Assembly (NCBI GenBank): GCA_963674965.2
Contig: CAXXFL010000001.1
Location: 32,001-96,000, forward strand
Direction of reading: 5' to 3'
Length of the DNA stretch: 64,000 bases
Source: a bacterium
GTDB taxonomy: Bacteria; RBG-13-61-14; DATKZS01
Positions 10,477 to 21,300 of the stretch are shown here, piece by piece. A model generated the notes under the pieces. It had not been told where the DNA came from and ran no database searches. It saw only the letters and a list, made by a program, of their open reading frames with translations. A program made the position numbers and the translations under genes. The number at the start of each line of letters is the position of its first letter. Positions within the stretch are counted from its first letter, which is position 1.

Positions 10477-11891
10477 AGATTTTCCTTGGCTTTATGTTCG
10501 TGGCCCTCGCCACCACGGTTATAAACTTCGTTTTCAGCCTGCTTATGATCAACGACGTCTTCGGTCCGATCCCGGCCACGGTGGGAAGTCTTTCCGTTGT
10601 GCTGGTGGTCATGGCCGTGGCGGGAAGGCTTTACGCCAAGACCATTTATCTGGACCTCCACCGCCTCATATCCTCGGCCCGCCGCATCAGCAAGGGGGAC
10701 CTGACCGAGGAGGTCAGCCTTAAGCGGGACAACCGTTTTCCCGACGAGATCGATGACCTCATGGCCTCGGTCAACGCCATGCTCGAGAGCCTGAGGGAAC
10801 TCACGGCCAAGACCCAGGGCACGGCGGTCAACATCAGCAAGGCGGCCCAGAACCTCTCGACCACCTCGGAGGAAATGAACGCCTCTACCCTCGAGGTCTC
10901 GACCACCATCGAGGAGATCAGCAAGGGGGCCGAGCTCCAGGCCGAGCTGGTGGAGAACACCTCGAAGACCGTGAGGGAGATGGCCGGGACCATCGAGTTG
11001 ACGTCCTCCAACGCCGCCGTCACCTCGACCTCCGTGTCCGAGGCCGCCCAGAAGGCGCAAGGATCGGGAGAACTCGCCAACACGGCCATGGAAAAGATGA
11101 AGCAGGTCTTCGAGAAAATGGCCAACTCCCAGGACATGGTCGTCCAGTTCGGGGGCAAGACCAAGCGCATCGGAAAGATCGTCGAGATGATCACCAACAT
11201 CGCCCGCCAGACCAACCTCCTGGCCCTTAACGCCACCATCGAGGCGGCCCGGGCGGGAGAGTACGGCAAGGGCTTCGCCGTGGTGGCCGACGAGGTAAGA
11301 AAACTGGCCGAGTCGACCTCGACGGCCTCCGAGCAGATCACCGACCTGGTGCAGGAGGTGTCCGACGAGTCCGAGCGGGTGGTGAACTCGATGAAGGAGA
11401 CGGCCGACAACATCGCCGAGGGCAGGGAGGACATCGGGACCATCAACCAGTCCCTGGCCGAGATCGTGGAGATGGTCAACGAGGCGGCGGCCAAGGTCAA
11501 GGACATCGCCGAGCTGTCCCAGGTGCAGGCCGAGGGCGCCAAGGACCTGGTCCGGAGCATCGACGAGATCGCCAAGGTCGCCCACGACAACGCCTCCGCC
11601 ACCGAGGAGGTCAGCGCCGCCACCGAGGAACAGACCGCCTCGATGCAGGAAATGGCCACCTCGGCCCAGGAGCTTTACATGCTCAGCGACGAGCTCAAGA
11701 ACGTGGTCAGCAAGTTCCGGCTCGACGCCGAGAGGGTGATGGTGACGGAGGCCGGGGCGTCCTTCCGGCCCGACGAGGAGGACAGGGTCACGGGAAACCA
11801 CGCGGCCAAGGACAAAAAGAAAGAAAAGGGCGGCGATAAAAACAAGCCCGGCTCGGGCGACGCCGCCGACATGGACTTTATTTTCGAGTGA
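10461..11891 (+). CDS. Methyl-accepting chemotaxis protein lacking a periplasmic sensor domain (DifA-like)
   Basis: Two closely spaced TMs, HAMP, hairpin tip [37 protein letters not shown]. Confidence 0.93.
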   Translation: MRMEVKIFLGFMFVALATTVINFVFSLLMINDVFGPIPATVGSLSVVLVVMAVAGRLYAKTIYLDLHRLISSARRISKGDLTEEVSLKRDNRFPDEIDDLMASVNAMLESLRELTAKTQGTAVNISKAAQNLSTTSEEMNASTLEVSTTIEEISKGAELQAELVENTSKTVREMAGTIELTSSNAAVTSTSVSEAAQKAQGSGELANTAMEKMKQVFEKMANSQDMVVQFGGKTKRIGKIVEMITNIARQTNLLALNATIEAARAGEYGKGFAVVADEVRKLAESTSTASEQITDLVQEVSDESERVVNSMKETADNIAEGREDIGTINQSLAEIVEMVNEAAAKVKDIAELSQVQAEGAKDLVRSIDEIAKVAHDNASATEEVSAATEEQTASMQEMATSAQELYMLSDELKNVVSKFRLDAERVMVTEAGASFRPDEEDRVTGNHAAKDKKKEKGGDKNKPGSGDAADMDFIFE

Positions 11892-12355
11892 TGGAAGCCG
11901 CCGTTAATTTAAGACCCGACGCCCGGCGTCAGGTCATAAGTTTCGCCCTCGAGCCCGAGCTTATGGGCCTCGAGTTGAAATACGTCGAGAAGGTAATCGA
12001 GATAAGCTCTTTCACCTTCGTGCCCCGGGCGCCCTCCTTTATAAGGGGGGCCATCAACCACCACGGCAAGGTCATAGCGGTGGTGGACCTGAGGGATTTC
12101 CTCGGGATGGGCAAGTCCGAGCTGACGCTGGACTCGAGGCTCCTGATAATCGGGAGCGAGGTTTACCATCTCGGGTTTATCGTGGACCGGGTGGAAAGGA
12201 TCGAGCTGGTTCCCATGCGGGGCCCGCTGGTCCAGACGCCCGAGCCGGGAGAGTCCAACCCCTTGGTTTTGAGAATGATCAACCTCGGCGGAAGGATTCT
12301 TAACCTCATCGACATGGACAAGCTCCTGGCCGACGTGGAGAATTACTTCGCCTAA
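11891..12355 (+). CDS. cheW: CheW adaptor
   Basis: VPRAPSFIRGAINHHGKVIAVVDL; GFIVDRV. Confidence 0.9.
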   Translation: MEAAVNLRPDARRQVISFALEPELMGLELKYVEKVIEISSFTFVPRAPSFIRGAINHHGKVIAVVDLRDFLGMGKSELTLDSRLLIIGSEVYHLGFIVDRVERIELVPMRGPLVQTPEPGESNPLVLRMINLGGRILNLIDMDKLLADVENYFA

Positions 12356-12380
12356 TGAAGATTGATTGAGGAGGTCGCGG

Positions 12381-12746
12381 ATGCCTATCAGGGTTCTCAT
12401 CGCCGACGACGCGCTATTCATGCGGAACATGATCAAGGACGTGTTCGCCGGCGACGACTTCGAGGTGGTTGGAGAGGCGGCTAACGGCGTCGAGGCCGTG
12501 GAACGCTACAAGGAACTCCAGCCCGACGTCACCACCATGGACATAGTCATGCCCCAGAAGAGCGGGATCGAGGCGGTAAGGGAAATCGTCAAGATCGACA
12601 AGGACGCCAAGATCGTCATGTGCTCGGCCCTGGGCCAGGAGTCCCTGGTCATGGAGGCCATCGAGGCCGGGGCCTCCGACTTCATCGTTAAGCCGTTCAA
12701 GCCGGAAAAAGTCCTCGAAATCGTCCGCAAAGTAGTCAAGCTCTGA
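12381..12746 (+). CDS. cheY: CheY response regulator
   Basis: Single REC domain: ADDALFMR, MDIVMP, CSA, KPF; GAGGAGG RBS. Confidence 0.93.
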   Translation: MPIRVLIADDALFMRNMIKDVFAGDDFEVVGEAANGVEAVERYKELQPDVTTMDIVMPQKSGIEAVREIVKIDKDAKIVMCSALGQESLVMEAIEAGASDFIVKPFKPEKVLEIVRKVVKL

Positions 12747-12810
12747 TTCCAGTCCCCGGACGGGAGCGAAAACCGCGACCGCCCGGACCCGTACGCCGAG
12801 GGGCCCGATC

Positions 12811-15138
12811 ATGGATATGAGTAAGTACAAGGCCATGTTCATCTCCGAGACCGCGGAACACCTGCAGTCCATGAGCCGGGGCCTTGTCAAAATCGAGCAA
12901 AACCCCGAGGAGCAGGAGGCCATCGCCGAGGTCTTCAGGAACGCCCATTCCATCAAGGGCATGGCCGCCTCCATGGGGTTCGAGCCCATACGGGACCTGG
13001 CCCACGCCATGGAAGACGTGATGGACGACGTGAGGGAGGGGACCACCAGGCCCGAGGCCGAGGCCATGGACCTGCTTTTCCAGGGCCTGGACCTGCTCGA
13101 GAAGATGCTCTCCCAGGTCGAGAACGACCTCGAGTTCTCCGGCGAGGGCGAGGAACTGGCCGCCCGGATCAGGAGCTTTCGCGAGACGGCGGGAGAAAAA
13201 CCGGCCGCCGAGACCGCGCCCTCCGAGGAACCAAAAAAAACGACCGGCCAAGAAGAGGATAAGCCGGAGATAGACCTGGGCGACATGGGCATGGGAGAGA
13301 TCGAGGCCAAGGAGGAAACCCGGACCTCGCCCCCCCCCAAGCTGCCCGAGCTGGTCTTCGACGACGACCTGGACTTCGCCCTGGACGAGGAGACCGAGGA
13401 GGAAGTCAAGGCGCCCGAGCCGGTCCAGACCGCCCAGGCCGCCGGCGACGAGTACGACCTCGAGGAGGAAGAAGACGGCTTCGACGACGAGGTGACCTTT
13501 ACCCTCGAGGACGCCGGATTGGCCTCGCCCCCCCCACCCAAGGCGGCCGCCCCCGCCGCGACGCGACCCGGGCCCGCCCCGGTGCCGCCCGAGCCGGAGT
13601 CCCCGGAGAAGGCCGCCGGGCCCCGCCGCTCGATCAAGGTTATTTTCTCCCCCCAGACCGCTTCCCCCGGGGTCCGGGGACTTATCCTTTTCAAGCGCCT
13701 CGGCGAGGTGGGACAGATACTCGATTCCCGCCCTCCCGCCGACGAGGTCAAGGCGGGAAACTTCCTGGACGACCCCAAGGGACTGGCGGTCGAGATCGAC
13801 TTCCAGGCCGACTCGGGGGAGGCCGAGATCATCGAGGTGATCAAGTCCATGACCGACGTCGAGGCCTTCGAGGTCACGGCCCCCGAGGCGGGTCCGGCGC
13901 AAGCGGCCGCCCAGGCCGAGGACTCCGCCGAGCCGGCCGAGGCCCGCGACAAGGAACCCGCCTACGACCCCTTCGCCCAGGTCCAGTCCCTGCCCCAGAC
14001 GGTAAGGGTCAAGACCATGGCCCTGGACGGTTTCATCAACGCCCTGGGTGAAATGATCCTGGTCAAGAGCGAGCTGCGGGAAGTGGCCAAGCGCCATCCC
14101 ATCGGCGCCCTTACCGCCGGGCTGGACAAGCTGGAGGGACTGGTAAAGGACTTCTACGACCAGGTCATGAGCATCAGGATGATGCCGCTCGAGAGCGTGG
14201 TGCAAAGACTTCCCCGCGTGGTCCGGGACCTGGCCCGGGACGAGGGCAAGAAGATAAGGTTCGAGATCACGGGGGTCGACATCGAGCTGGACCGGGCCAT
14301 CCTCGAGCAGCTCACCGACCCCCTGATCCACCTGCTTCGCAACTGCGTCAACCACGGGATCGAGACGCCCGAGGAAAGGGAGAAGATGGGCAAGCCCGGC
14401 GAGGGCGTGATCGTTCTCGAGGGCTACCGGATGCGGGACCTGGCCCTGATCGAGGTCCGGGACGACGGAAGAGGGATGGACCCCTTCGCCATCAAGGAGG
14501 CGGCCGCGGCCAAGGGGGTCGTCTCGGCGGAGCAGGCGGCCAAGATGACCGACGAGGACGCGCTCCAGCTCATCTTCACCCCGGGTTTCTCGACGGCCAA
14601 GAAGGTGGGCATGGTCTCGGGCCGGGGCGTGGGCATGGACGCGGTCAAGAACGTGGTCGAGGGCGTGGGCGGTTTCGTGACCATCAACACGGTGCCGGGA
14701 AGCGGGACGACCTTCACCCTCCACCTGCCCCGCACCATCGCCATCGTGAACGTTCTCCTGGTCAAGCTGCTCGAGGAAGTCTTCGCCGTTCCCCTGACCA
14801 AGGTGCAAAAGACGGTCGAGATACTTCCCCACCAGGTAAGGGTGAACCAGGGCAAAAGGTTCTACCTCGACCGCCAGGAGATGGTGCCCATGAAGCCCCT
14901 GCACCGGTTCCTCGACCTGGAGGAACCCAAGGCCTCGCCGAGGGACGCGGCCCAGGCCCTTATCGTCGAGGCCCACAACAGGAAGGTGGCCCTCCTCGTG
15001 GACGACCTGATCGGACAAGAGGAGGCCTTTATAAGACCGCTTGGAAAACCGCTGGAGAGGATTTCGGGCCTGTCCGGCGTTACCATGCTGGGGGACGGAA
15101 AAATGGTTTTCGTCCTGGACACGATGAGCTTGCTCTAA
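12811..15138 (+). CDS. cheA: CheA histidine kinase
   Basis: Hpt FRNAHSIKG; HLLRNCVNHGIE, DDGRG, PGFSTA, SGRGVGMD; C-terminal CheW domain. Confidence 0.96.
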   Translation: MDMSKYKAMFISETAEHLQSMSRGLVKIEQNPEEQEAIAEVFRNAHSIKGMAASMGFEPIRDLAHAMEDVMDDVREGTTRPEAEAMDLLFQGLDLLEKMLSQVENDLEFSGEGEELAARIRSFRETAGEKPAAETAPSEEPKKTTGQEEDKPEIDLGDMGMGEIEAKEETRTSPPPKLPELVFDDDLDFALDEETEEEVKAPEPVQTAQAAGDEYDLEEEEDGFDDEVTFTLEDAGLASPPPPKAAAPAATRPGPAPVPPEPESPEKAAGPRRSIKVIFSPQTASPGVRGLILFKRLGEVGQILDSRPPADEVKAGNFLDDPKGLAVEIDFQADSGEAEIIEVIKSMTDVEAFEVTAPEAGPAQAAAQAEDSAEPAEARDKEPAYDPFAQVQSLPQTVRVKTMALDGFINALGEMILVKSELREVAKRHPIGALTAGLDKLEGLVKDFYDQVMSIRMMPLESVVQRLPRVVRDLARDEGKKIRFEITGVDIELDRAILEQLTDPLIHLLRNCVNHGIETPEEREKMGKPGEGVIVLEGYRMRDLALIEVRDDGRGMDPFAIKEAAAAKGVVSAEQAAKMTDEDALQLIFTPGFSTAKKVGMVSGRGVGMDAVKNVVEGVGGFVTINTVPGSGTTFTLHLPRTIAIVNVLLVKLLEEVFAVPLTKVQKTVEILPHQVRVNQGKRFYLDRQEMVPMKPLHRFLDLEEPKASPRDAAQALIVEAHNRKVALLVDDLIGQEEAFIRPLGKPLERISGLSGVTMLGDGKMVFVLDTMSLL

Positions 15139-15150
15139 GGTGAAACGAAC

Positions 15151-15810
15151 ATGAACCAGCCCTTGACGTACGAGGACTTGGAACTCCGCGAGGTCGAGTA
15201 CGACGCCCTGCGCGAGATTTCCAACATAGGAATGGGACACGCCGCCACCGCCCTCAACCAGATGATCGGCAAGACCGTCATCCTGACCATACCCGAGGTG
15301 GCGCTGGTATCTCTCAAGGACCTTCCCGACTTCGTGGGAGGGACCGAGAAGATCGTCATCGGGATTTATTTGAAGGTGTGGGGCGACGTGACCGGCGACA
15401 TACTCATGGTCTTCCCCCGCAAGAGCGCCCTCGCCCTTTGCGCCCTGCTCACGGGGGGAGCGCCGGAGGACGAGCTGGTCCTCTCGGAAATGCACTCCTC
15501 CGCCCTCCGGGAGATCGGCAACATCCTCGCCTCCTCCTATCTGGCCGCCCTCGAGAGGCTGTTGGGCAAGACCCTCATCCCCTCCGTGCCCGGCATCGCC
15601 TTCGACATGGCCGGCGCGGTGGTGGACTACATCCTCATCCAGGTGGGAGAGGCCGTGGACCAGACCCTGGTGATCAAGGCCGCCTTTAAGGGAAACGACC
15701 ACGGCGTCAAGGGGAACTTCTATCTTATGCCCGACCCCAACTCCCTCAAGATAATTCTCGACGCCGCCAAGATGCTGGCCAGCCAGAGAAACGGCGAGAG
15801 GAACCGATAG
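15151..15810 (+). CDS. cheC: CheC phosphatase
   Basis: Two D/S-x3-E-x2-N motifs: DALREISNIG, SALREIGNI. Confidence 0.93.
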   Translation: MNQPLTYEDLELREVEYDALREISNIGMGHAATALNQMIGKTVILTIPEVALVSLKDLPDFVGGTEKIVIGIYLKVWGDVTGDILMVFPRKSALALCALLTGGAPEDELVLSEMHSSALREIGNILASSYLAALERLLGKTLIPSVPGIAFDMAGAVVDYILIQVGEAVDQTLVIKAAFKGNDHGVKGNFYLMPDPNSLKIILDAAKMLASQRNGERNR

Positions 15811-15812
15811 TC

Positions 15813-16349
15813 ATGGAAGCTCCTCTGGCGTCGGAAAACGTGCTCCGGGTAAGGATATCCGAGTTCCTCGTGGCCAGGCCCCCGGCCATCCTCCGCGTGT
15901 CCGGCCTCGGGTCCTGCGTGGCCCTCGGGCTTTTCGATCCCAAGGCGGGACTGGCCGGGCTGGCCCATATACTGCTTCCCGGTCCCGCGCCCGATTCGGT
16001 GCGGGGTTCCGAGGACCCGCGCGTCAACAGGTACAAGTACGCCGACCAGGCGATCGAGGGCCTGCTCCAGGCCATGGAGCGGGAAGGCGCCACCCTGGCC
16101 GAAGTCAAGGCCAAGATAGCGGGCGGCTCGACCATGTTCTCGCAGGAGGACGGATTTGGCGACGCCCGTACGATCAAGGACGGGATCGGGGCGAGGAACG
16201 TGGAGGCCGTCAAGGCCAAGCTGGCGGAATTGAACATACCCATCGCGGGGGAGGACTCGGGAGGAAAGAGCGGCAGGACCATATCCTTCGACCCGGCGAC
16301 GGGAATCATGAGCATCACAACCAAAAGGAGCGAGGCGGTCGAGATATGA
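15813..16349 (+). CDS. cheD: CheD receptor glutamine deamidase
   Basis: LGSCVA, AHILLP, KYAD, KIAGGS.MF, IGARN, ED.GG..GR. Confidence 0.93.
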   Translation: MEAPLASENVLRVRISEFLVARPPAILRVSGLGSCVALGLFDPKAGLAGLAHILLPGPAPDSVRGSEDPRVNRYKYADQAIEGLLQAMEREGATLAEVKAKIAGGSTMFSQEDGFGDARTIKDGIGARNVEAVKAKLAELNIPIAGEDSGGKSGRTISFDPATGIMSITTKRSEAVEI

Positions 16350-16401
16350 CCCGCTCCCGGGCGCGGCCCCCGGCCGAGTCTCGGCCCCGCCTATTGACGT
16401 C

Positions 16402-17166
16402 ATGGATGAAAAGTACCTCAGAAAACTGATCGGGGACGTAAGGAAGGGCAAGACCGGGGAGGACGAGGCCTTGGCCGCTCTTCGCGACCTTCCCTTCGCC
16501 GACCTGGGACACGCCAAGGTTGACCACCACCGGTCCCTCAGGCAGGGAGCGCCCGAGGTAGTCTTCGCCGAGGGCAAGACCCGGGAGCAGGTGGCCGCCA
16601 TACTGGAGGAGCTGGCCAAGGCCGGCGACCACGTTCTCGCCACCCGGGTCTCGCCCGAGCAGGCCGCCCACGTTAAAAAGAAGCGGCCCGGCGTCATCCA
16701 TAACCCGGTGGGCCGGACCCTCCGTATAGTAAAGGGCAAAGCGCGCAAGGAGGGCGAAAGAGGACCGGTGCTGATACTGAGCGGCGGCACCTCGGACCTG
16801 CCCGTGGTGGAGGAGGCCAGGGAAACCCTGATCTGGCTGGGCGTTCGTCCCATCGTGATCGGCGACGTGGGCGTGGCCGGGCTCCACCGCCTCCTCGCCC
16901 ATCGCGGCGAGATAGACGAGGCCAGGGCCATCATCGTGGCCGCGGGCATGGAGGGGGCCCTGCCCAGCGTGGTGGGGGGCCTGGTGAACAAGCCCGTCAT
17001 CGGCCTGCCCACCTCGGTGGGATACGGGGCGGGGGCCGGAGGCCTGTCCGCCCTTTTAGGCATGCTCAACTCCTGCGCCTCCGGCGTGGTGGTGGTTAAC
17101 ATCGACAACGGGTTCGGCGCGGCCTTCGCCGCCTCCCGCATGCTCCGGATAGGAGAAGAATCATGA
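16402..17166 (+). CDS. larB: Nickel-pincer cofactor biosynthesis carboxylase LarB
   Basis: DHHR..RQG.PEVVFAEGK, GTSDLPV.EEA, DVGVAGLHRL, AGMEGALPS, PTSVGYG, VVNIDNGFGA. Confidence 0.93.
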   Translation: MDEKYLRKLIGDVRKGKTGEDEALAALRDLPFADLGHAKVDHHRSLRQGAPEVVFAEGKTREQVAAILEELAKAGDHVLATRVSPEQAAHVKKKRPGVIHNPVGRTLRIVKGKARKEGERGPVLILSGGTSDLPVVEEARETLIWLGVRPIVIGDVGVAGLHRLLAHRGEIDEARAIIVAAGMEGALPSVVGGLVNKPVIGLPTSVGYGAGAGGLSALLGMLNSCASGVVVVNIDNGFGAAFAASRMLRIGEES

Positions 17167-18335
17167 CCCGCGCGGCCTACCTGGACTGCTTCTCGGGCGT
17201 CTCGGGAAACATGTTTTTGGGCGCCCTCATCCACGCCGGCGTCAAGCCCGCCTCGATCCGCAAGGCCGTCAAGAGGGTGGTGGGCGACTTCACCCTTGCC
17301 GCGAAAAACGAGGAGAGGGCCCACATGGCGGGGGTCCACGTCAAGGTGGGCTACCGGAAAAAGGACCAGCGCCACCGCGGCCTGCCCCGCATCGAGGAAA
17401 TGATCCGAAAAAGCGGGCTGCCCGGACCGGTGATCTCGGACTCCCTCCGGGTCTTCCGGGCCCTGGCCGAGGCCGAGGCCAAAGTCCACGGCGTGCCCGT
17501 CGAGAAGATACACTTCCACGAGGTGGGGGCCGTCGACGCCATCGTGGACGTCGTGGGAACCGTCTTCGGCCTTTTCGAGCTGGGCGTCGGGGAGGTCCAC
17601 TGCTCTCCCCTTCCCCTTTGCGGGGGCGAGGTCCAATGCGCCCACGGAACGCTTCCCCTGCCCGCTCCGGCGGTAATGGAACTGGTCAAGGGCCTTCCCG
17701 TCAGGGGCATGGAGGGCGACCTCGAGCTGGTCACGCCCACCGGCGCGTCCCTGGTTTCCACCCTGGCCAAGCGGTTCGGGCCCATGCCCGCCATGACCGT
17801 GTCCGCCGTGGGCGTGGGACTGGGAGACCGCGATATTCCCCACCGGCCCAACGTGACGAGGCTGATCCTGGGCGAGAAAAAGGGAGAGGGAGACTCGGTG
17901 GTCCAGATCGAGGCCTCCATCGACGACATGACCCCCGAAAGCTTCGGCTTCCTCATGGACAGGCTGCTCGAGGCCGGGGCCCTGGACGTTTCCTTTTTGC
18001 CCTGCCAGATGAAGAAGAACCGGCCCGCCACGCTGGTCAGGGCCCTGGCCGGGCACGGAAACCGCGAGGCGGTGACGAGGACCCTGTTGAGGCACAGCGC
18101 CACCCTCGGGGTCAGGGAGTACGAGGTATCGAGGACCGTGCTTCCCCGCAGTACCTTCAAGGTCGAGACGAGGTTCGGGACCATCAGGGTGAAAAAAGCC
18201 GAGGGGCCCGACGGCTCCGTCCGGCTGCACCCCGAGTACGACGACGTGGCCGCGGCGGCCGCGGCGCGTGACGCCACCATGGCCGAGGTCAGTAGGGCCG
18301 CCCTCGAGGCGGCCCGGACGGGAGATTGGGAGTGA
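17163..18335 (+). CDS. larC: Nickel insertase LarC
   Basis: YLDCFSGVSGNM, HFHEVGAVDAIVD, AHG.LP.PAPA, ELVTPTGA, MKKNRP, PEYDD. Confidence 0.93.
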   Translation: MTRAAYLDCFSGVSGNMFLGALIHAGVKPASIRKAVKRVVGDFTLAAKNEERAHMAGVHVKVGYRKKDQRHRGLPRIEEMIRKSGLPGPVISDSLRVFRALAEAEAKVHGVPVEKIHFHEVGAVDAIVDVVGTVFGLFELGVGEVHCSPLPLCGGEVQCAHGTLPLPAPAVMELVKGLPVRGMEGDLELVTPTGASLVSTLAKRFGPMPAMTVSAVGVGLGDRDIPHRPNVTRLILGEKKGEGDSVVQIEASIDDMTPESFGFLMDRLLEAGALDVSFLPCQMKKNRPATLVRALAGHGNREAVTRTLLRHSATLGVREYEVSRTVLPRSTFKVETRFGTIRVKKAEGPDGSVRLHPEYDDVAAAAAARDATMAEVSRAALEAARTGDWE

Positions 18336-21300
18336 AGAAAAAGGTCCTTCTCGTGGACGTTCCCAGGGGAGGCCTGGCCTCCCTGGCCAAGGACCTTGCA
18401 AACAAGGGCTACGCCGTTGAAAGAAGCGCGGGCGAGGTACCGGCGCCATCGCCGGCGGGGGAAAACCTGGCCGGGGCGGTGGTCCATCACAAGCGCGCCC
18501 GGGAGGTGAAAAAGCTGAGGGGCCTGGCCGGCATGGACGCGGTCCCCATTATCCTTTGGTTTCCCTCCGGGGCCGGACCCGGTCCCAAGGCGGCGGAGGT
18601 GGCCGACGACTTCATGGTGGGCAAGGTCTTGGCCGATGAACTCCTGGCCAGGTTCAAGGCCGCGGAAAAGGACCTGAAGCTCAAGCTGCCCTGGCTCCAG
18701 GACTCCCTCCAGGCCCTTACCCGCATAGGCCGGTCCACCGCCGGAAGGGGAAGCGACTTCAGCGTCCTTGCCATCACCGCCCGGGAGGTCGAGCGGGTCA
18801 TGCCCGGGGTGAGGTGCTCGATCATGATGCTCTCCTCCAAGGGCGGCTCGGGCATGGTCATCACCCAGGGAGACCGTCCCGAGCCTCTCAACATCCGGCT
18901 TGAGTTCAAGAAGTATCCTGAGATACGCAAGATGCTGGACACCAGAAAGCCGGTGTCGATAACCAACGTTCGCCGCCACCCGCTGATGAAGGAGGTCAGG
19001 GACATCCTGAGCGCGACCGACCTTTTTTCCATCCTGGTGGTCCCCATCTTCTTCCGGGACGAGGTGATCGGCCTGATCATGCTGCGCTCGGTCGGGGCCC
19101 CCCGCCCCTTCGAGCGGATCGAGATATCCTTCCTCGAGATGGTGGCGCAGAGCACGGCGGTTTCCCTTCGCAACATCCGGCTGGGCCGGGAGGTCTCGGA
19201 GGAGGTCAAAAGGAAACGGGAGGCCAAGCGCCTGGCGAAAAGGAAGACGAGCGACCTGGCCAGGATGGAGACCCTCTTCGACCACGCCTCCGACGGCGTG
19301 CTGGTGGTGGACTCGGACGGCGGCATCAAGAGCGCCAACGTGAACTTCCTTCGTCTCTCCGGCTACGCGAGGCGGGAGGTGGAAAAGCGGAACATCGACG
19401 ACTTCCTCTTTCCCACGCCCGACGACGTGGTGACCGTCTCGATGGAGATAGGCCGTCTGGGGCAGGAGAAGCGGGAATACAAGGCCAGCCGCTTTTCCCA
19501 GGTTCTGCGGGGCAAGTCGGGGGCCCGCCTTTTCGTTGCCCTCCGGGTTGAGAGCCTTCCCACCCGGGACGAGTGGCTCATCTCGATGCACGACCTCACG
19601 GAGGAGCGGGAACTGGAGGACGCCCTGCGAAGGACCAAGGAGTTCCTCGAGAACGTGATCAACTCCTCGATGGACGCCATTATCGCGGCGGACATGACGG
19701 GCTCGATCATCCTTTTTAACGCGGCGGCGGAGAGCATCTCGGGCTACAAGGCCGAGGACGTGGTGGGCCGGATGAGCATCGTGGACTTCTACGCCCCCGG
19801 CGTGGCTCGCGACATCATGCGCAAGTTAAGGAGCGAGGACTACGGGGGCAAGGGCAAGCTCGAGAGCAGCTACAACACTCTCATCAGCTCGGACGGCCGG
19901 GAGATACCCATCAACATCAGCGCCGCCATCGTCTACGAGGATGGGCGCGAGGTGGCCAGCGTGGGCATTTTCCAGGACCAGCGGGAGCGCATCCGCATCG
20001 AGAAGGAGCTTCGGGAGGCCCAGGAGAAACTTATGGAGTCCCGGCAGAGGTCCCATCTCATGGCCCTGTCGGGGGCGGCGGCCCACGAGCTGAACCAGCC
20101 GCTGACCTCGATCCTCGGCTACCTCGAGCTTTTGCGCCGGGTCGAGAGGAACCTGATGGAGGCCCAGCCCGAGAACCCGTCGGTGGCTTCCCTGCACAAC
20201 GCCGCCGAGGTCATCGGCCAGGAGGCCGAGAGGATGGCCGAGGTGGTGAGAAAGATCGGCCAGGTCACCGAGTTCGAGACCCGCGAATACGTGGGCGGGG
20301 CCCGCATCATGGACCTGGACCGGGCCCAGGGCGACCGGGCCGACGAGAACGCGCCCATTTGGCAGACCCTGTTCAACCACATGAAGGAGGCCGTGTTCGT
20401 GGCGGGGGAGGACACGGTGGTGACCATGGCCAATCCCGCCTCGGTAACCTTCACCGGCGAGAACCCGGTGGGAAAAAGCTTCACCCGCTACCTCAAGGGA
20501 CAGGATTACACGCTGGCCATGGAGGCCATGGAGAGGGTGAAAAAGGGCGAGGCCGTCCCCATCGAGATCGAGGCCGAGATACCCAGCGGGGACAGGAGGC
20601 TGGTGGACGCCCTGGCCCTTCCCATCCCCAGCTCCGGCGAGATGATGACCATCTACTCCGACGTCACGGAAAGAAGAAGGCTCGAGAACGAGCACCGCGA
20701 CTTCGCCAGCTTCAGGGAGCAGATTTACAAGAACTCCTCGGTGCCCTTCATCGTGTTCGACGTGGACTCGAGGATCACCTTCTGGAACCGGGCCGCCGAA
20801 AACCTCTTCGGCTACGCCTACGAGGAGGTCAAGGGCAAGAACGTGGGCTTTTTGATCCAGGGGTTCGTGCCCGCCCACCACCAGGAGCACCTGCGCCGCC
20901 TCCGCAAGGAAAGGGACCTGACCGAGGAAATCCGGCTGGTCAAGAAGTCGGGCGAGGTCTTCAGGGCCTACTACGTGAACTCCCTGATGCGGGACGAGGA
21001 TGGCAAGACCGCGGGCTTCCTGAGCATGATCTTCGACCTCACCGAGCGCCGGGCCTTCGAGGCCGAGCTTCGGCAGAAGACCGAGCAGATCACGGTGATG
21101 AGCGACATCTCCGACGCGGTGCGGGCGGGTGAGGCCCTCGAGGAGGTCCTGGGAGGGGCCCTTCGCAAGCTCTCCCGCGTCTTCCCCCTCGACATGTGCG
21201 CCGTGGTGGTAAGGGACGAGGCGGAAAGCGAGTTGAAAGTGCTCAACTACGTCCCCGAGCAGGGCCGTCTTACGAGGAACGTCATCTCCACGTCCGCCGA

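Noticed and set aside
11870-11891. CheR-tethering pentapeptide on the MCP tail (DFIFE)
   Set aside because: Does not fit the x-aromatic-x-x-aromatic-COOH pattern
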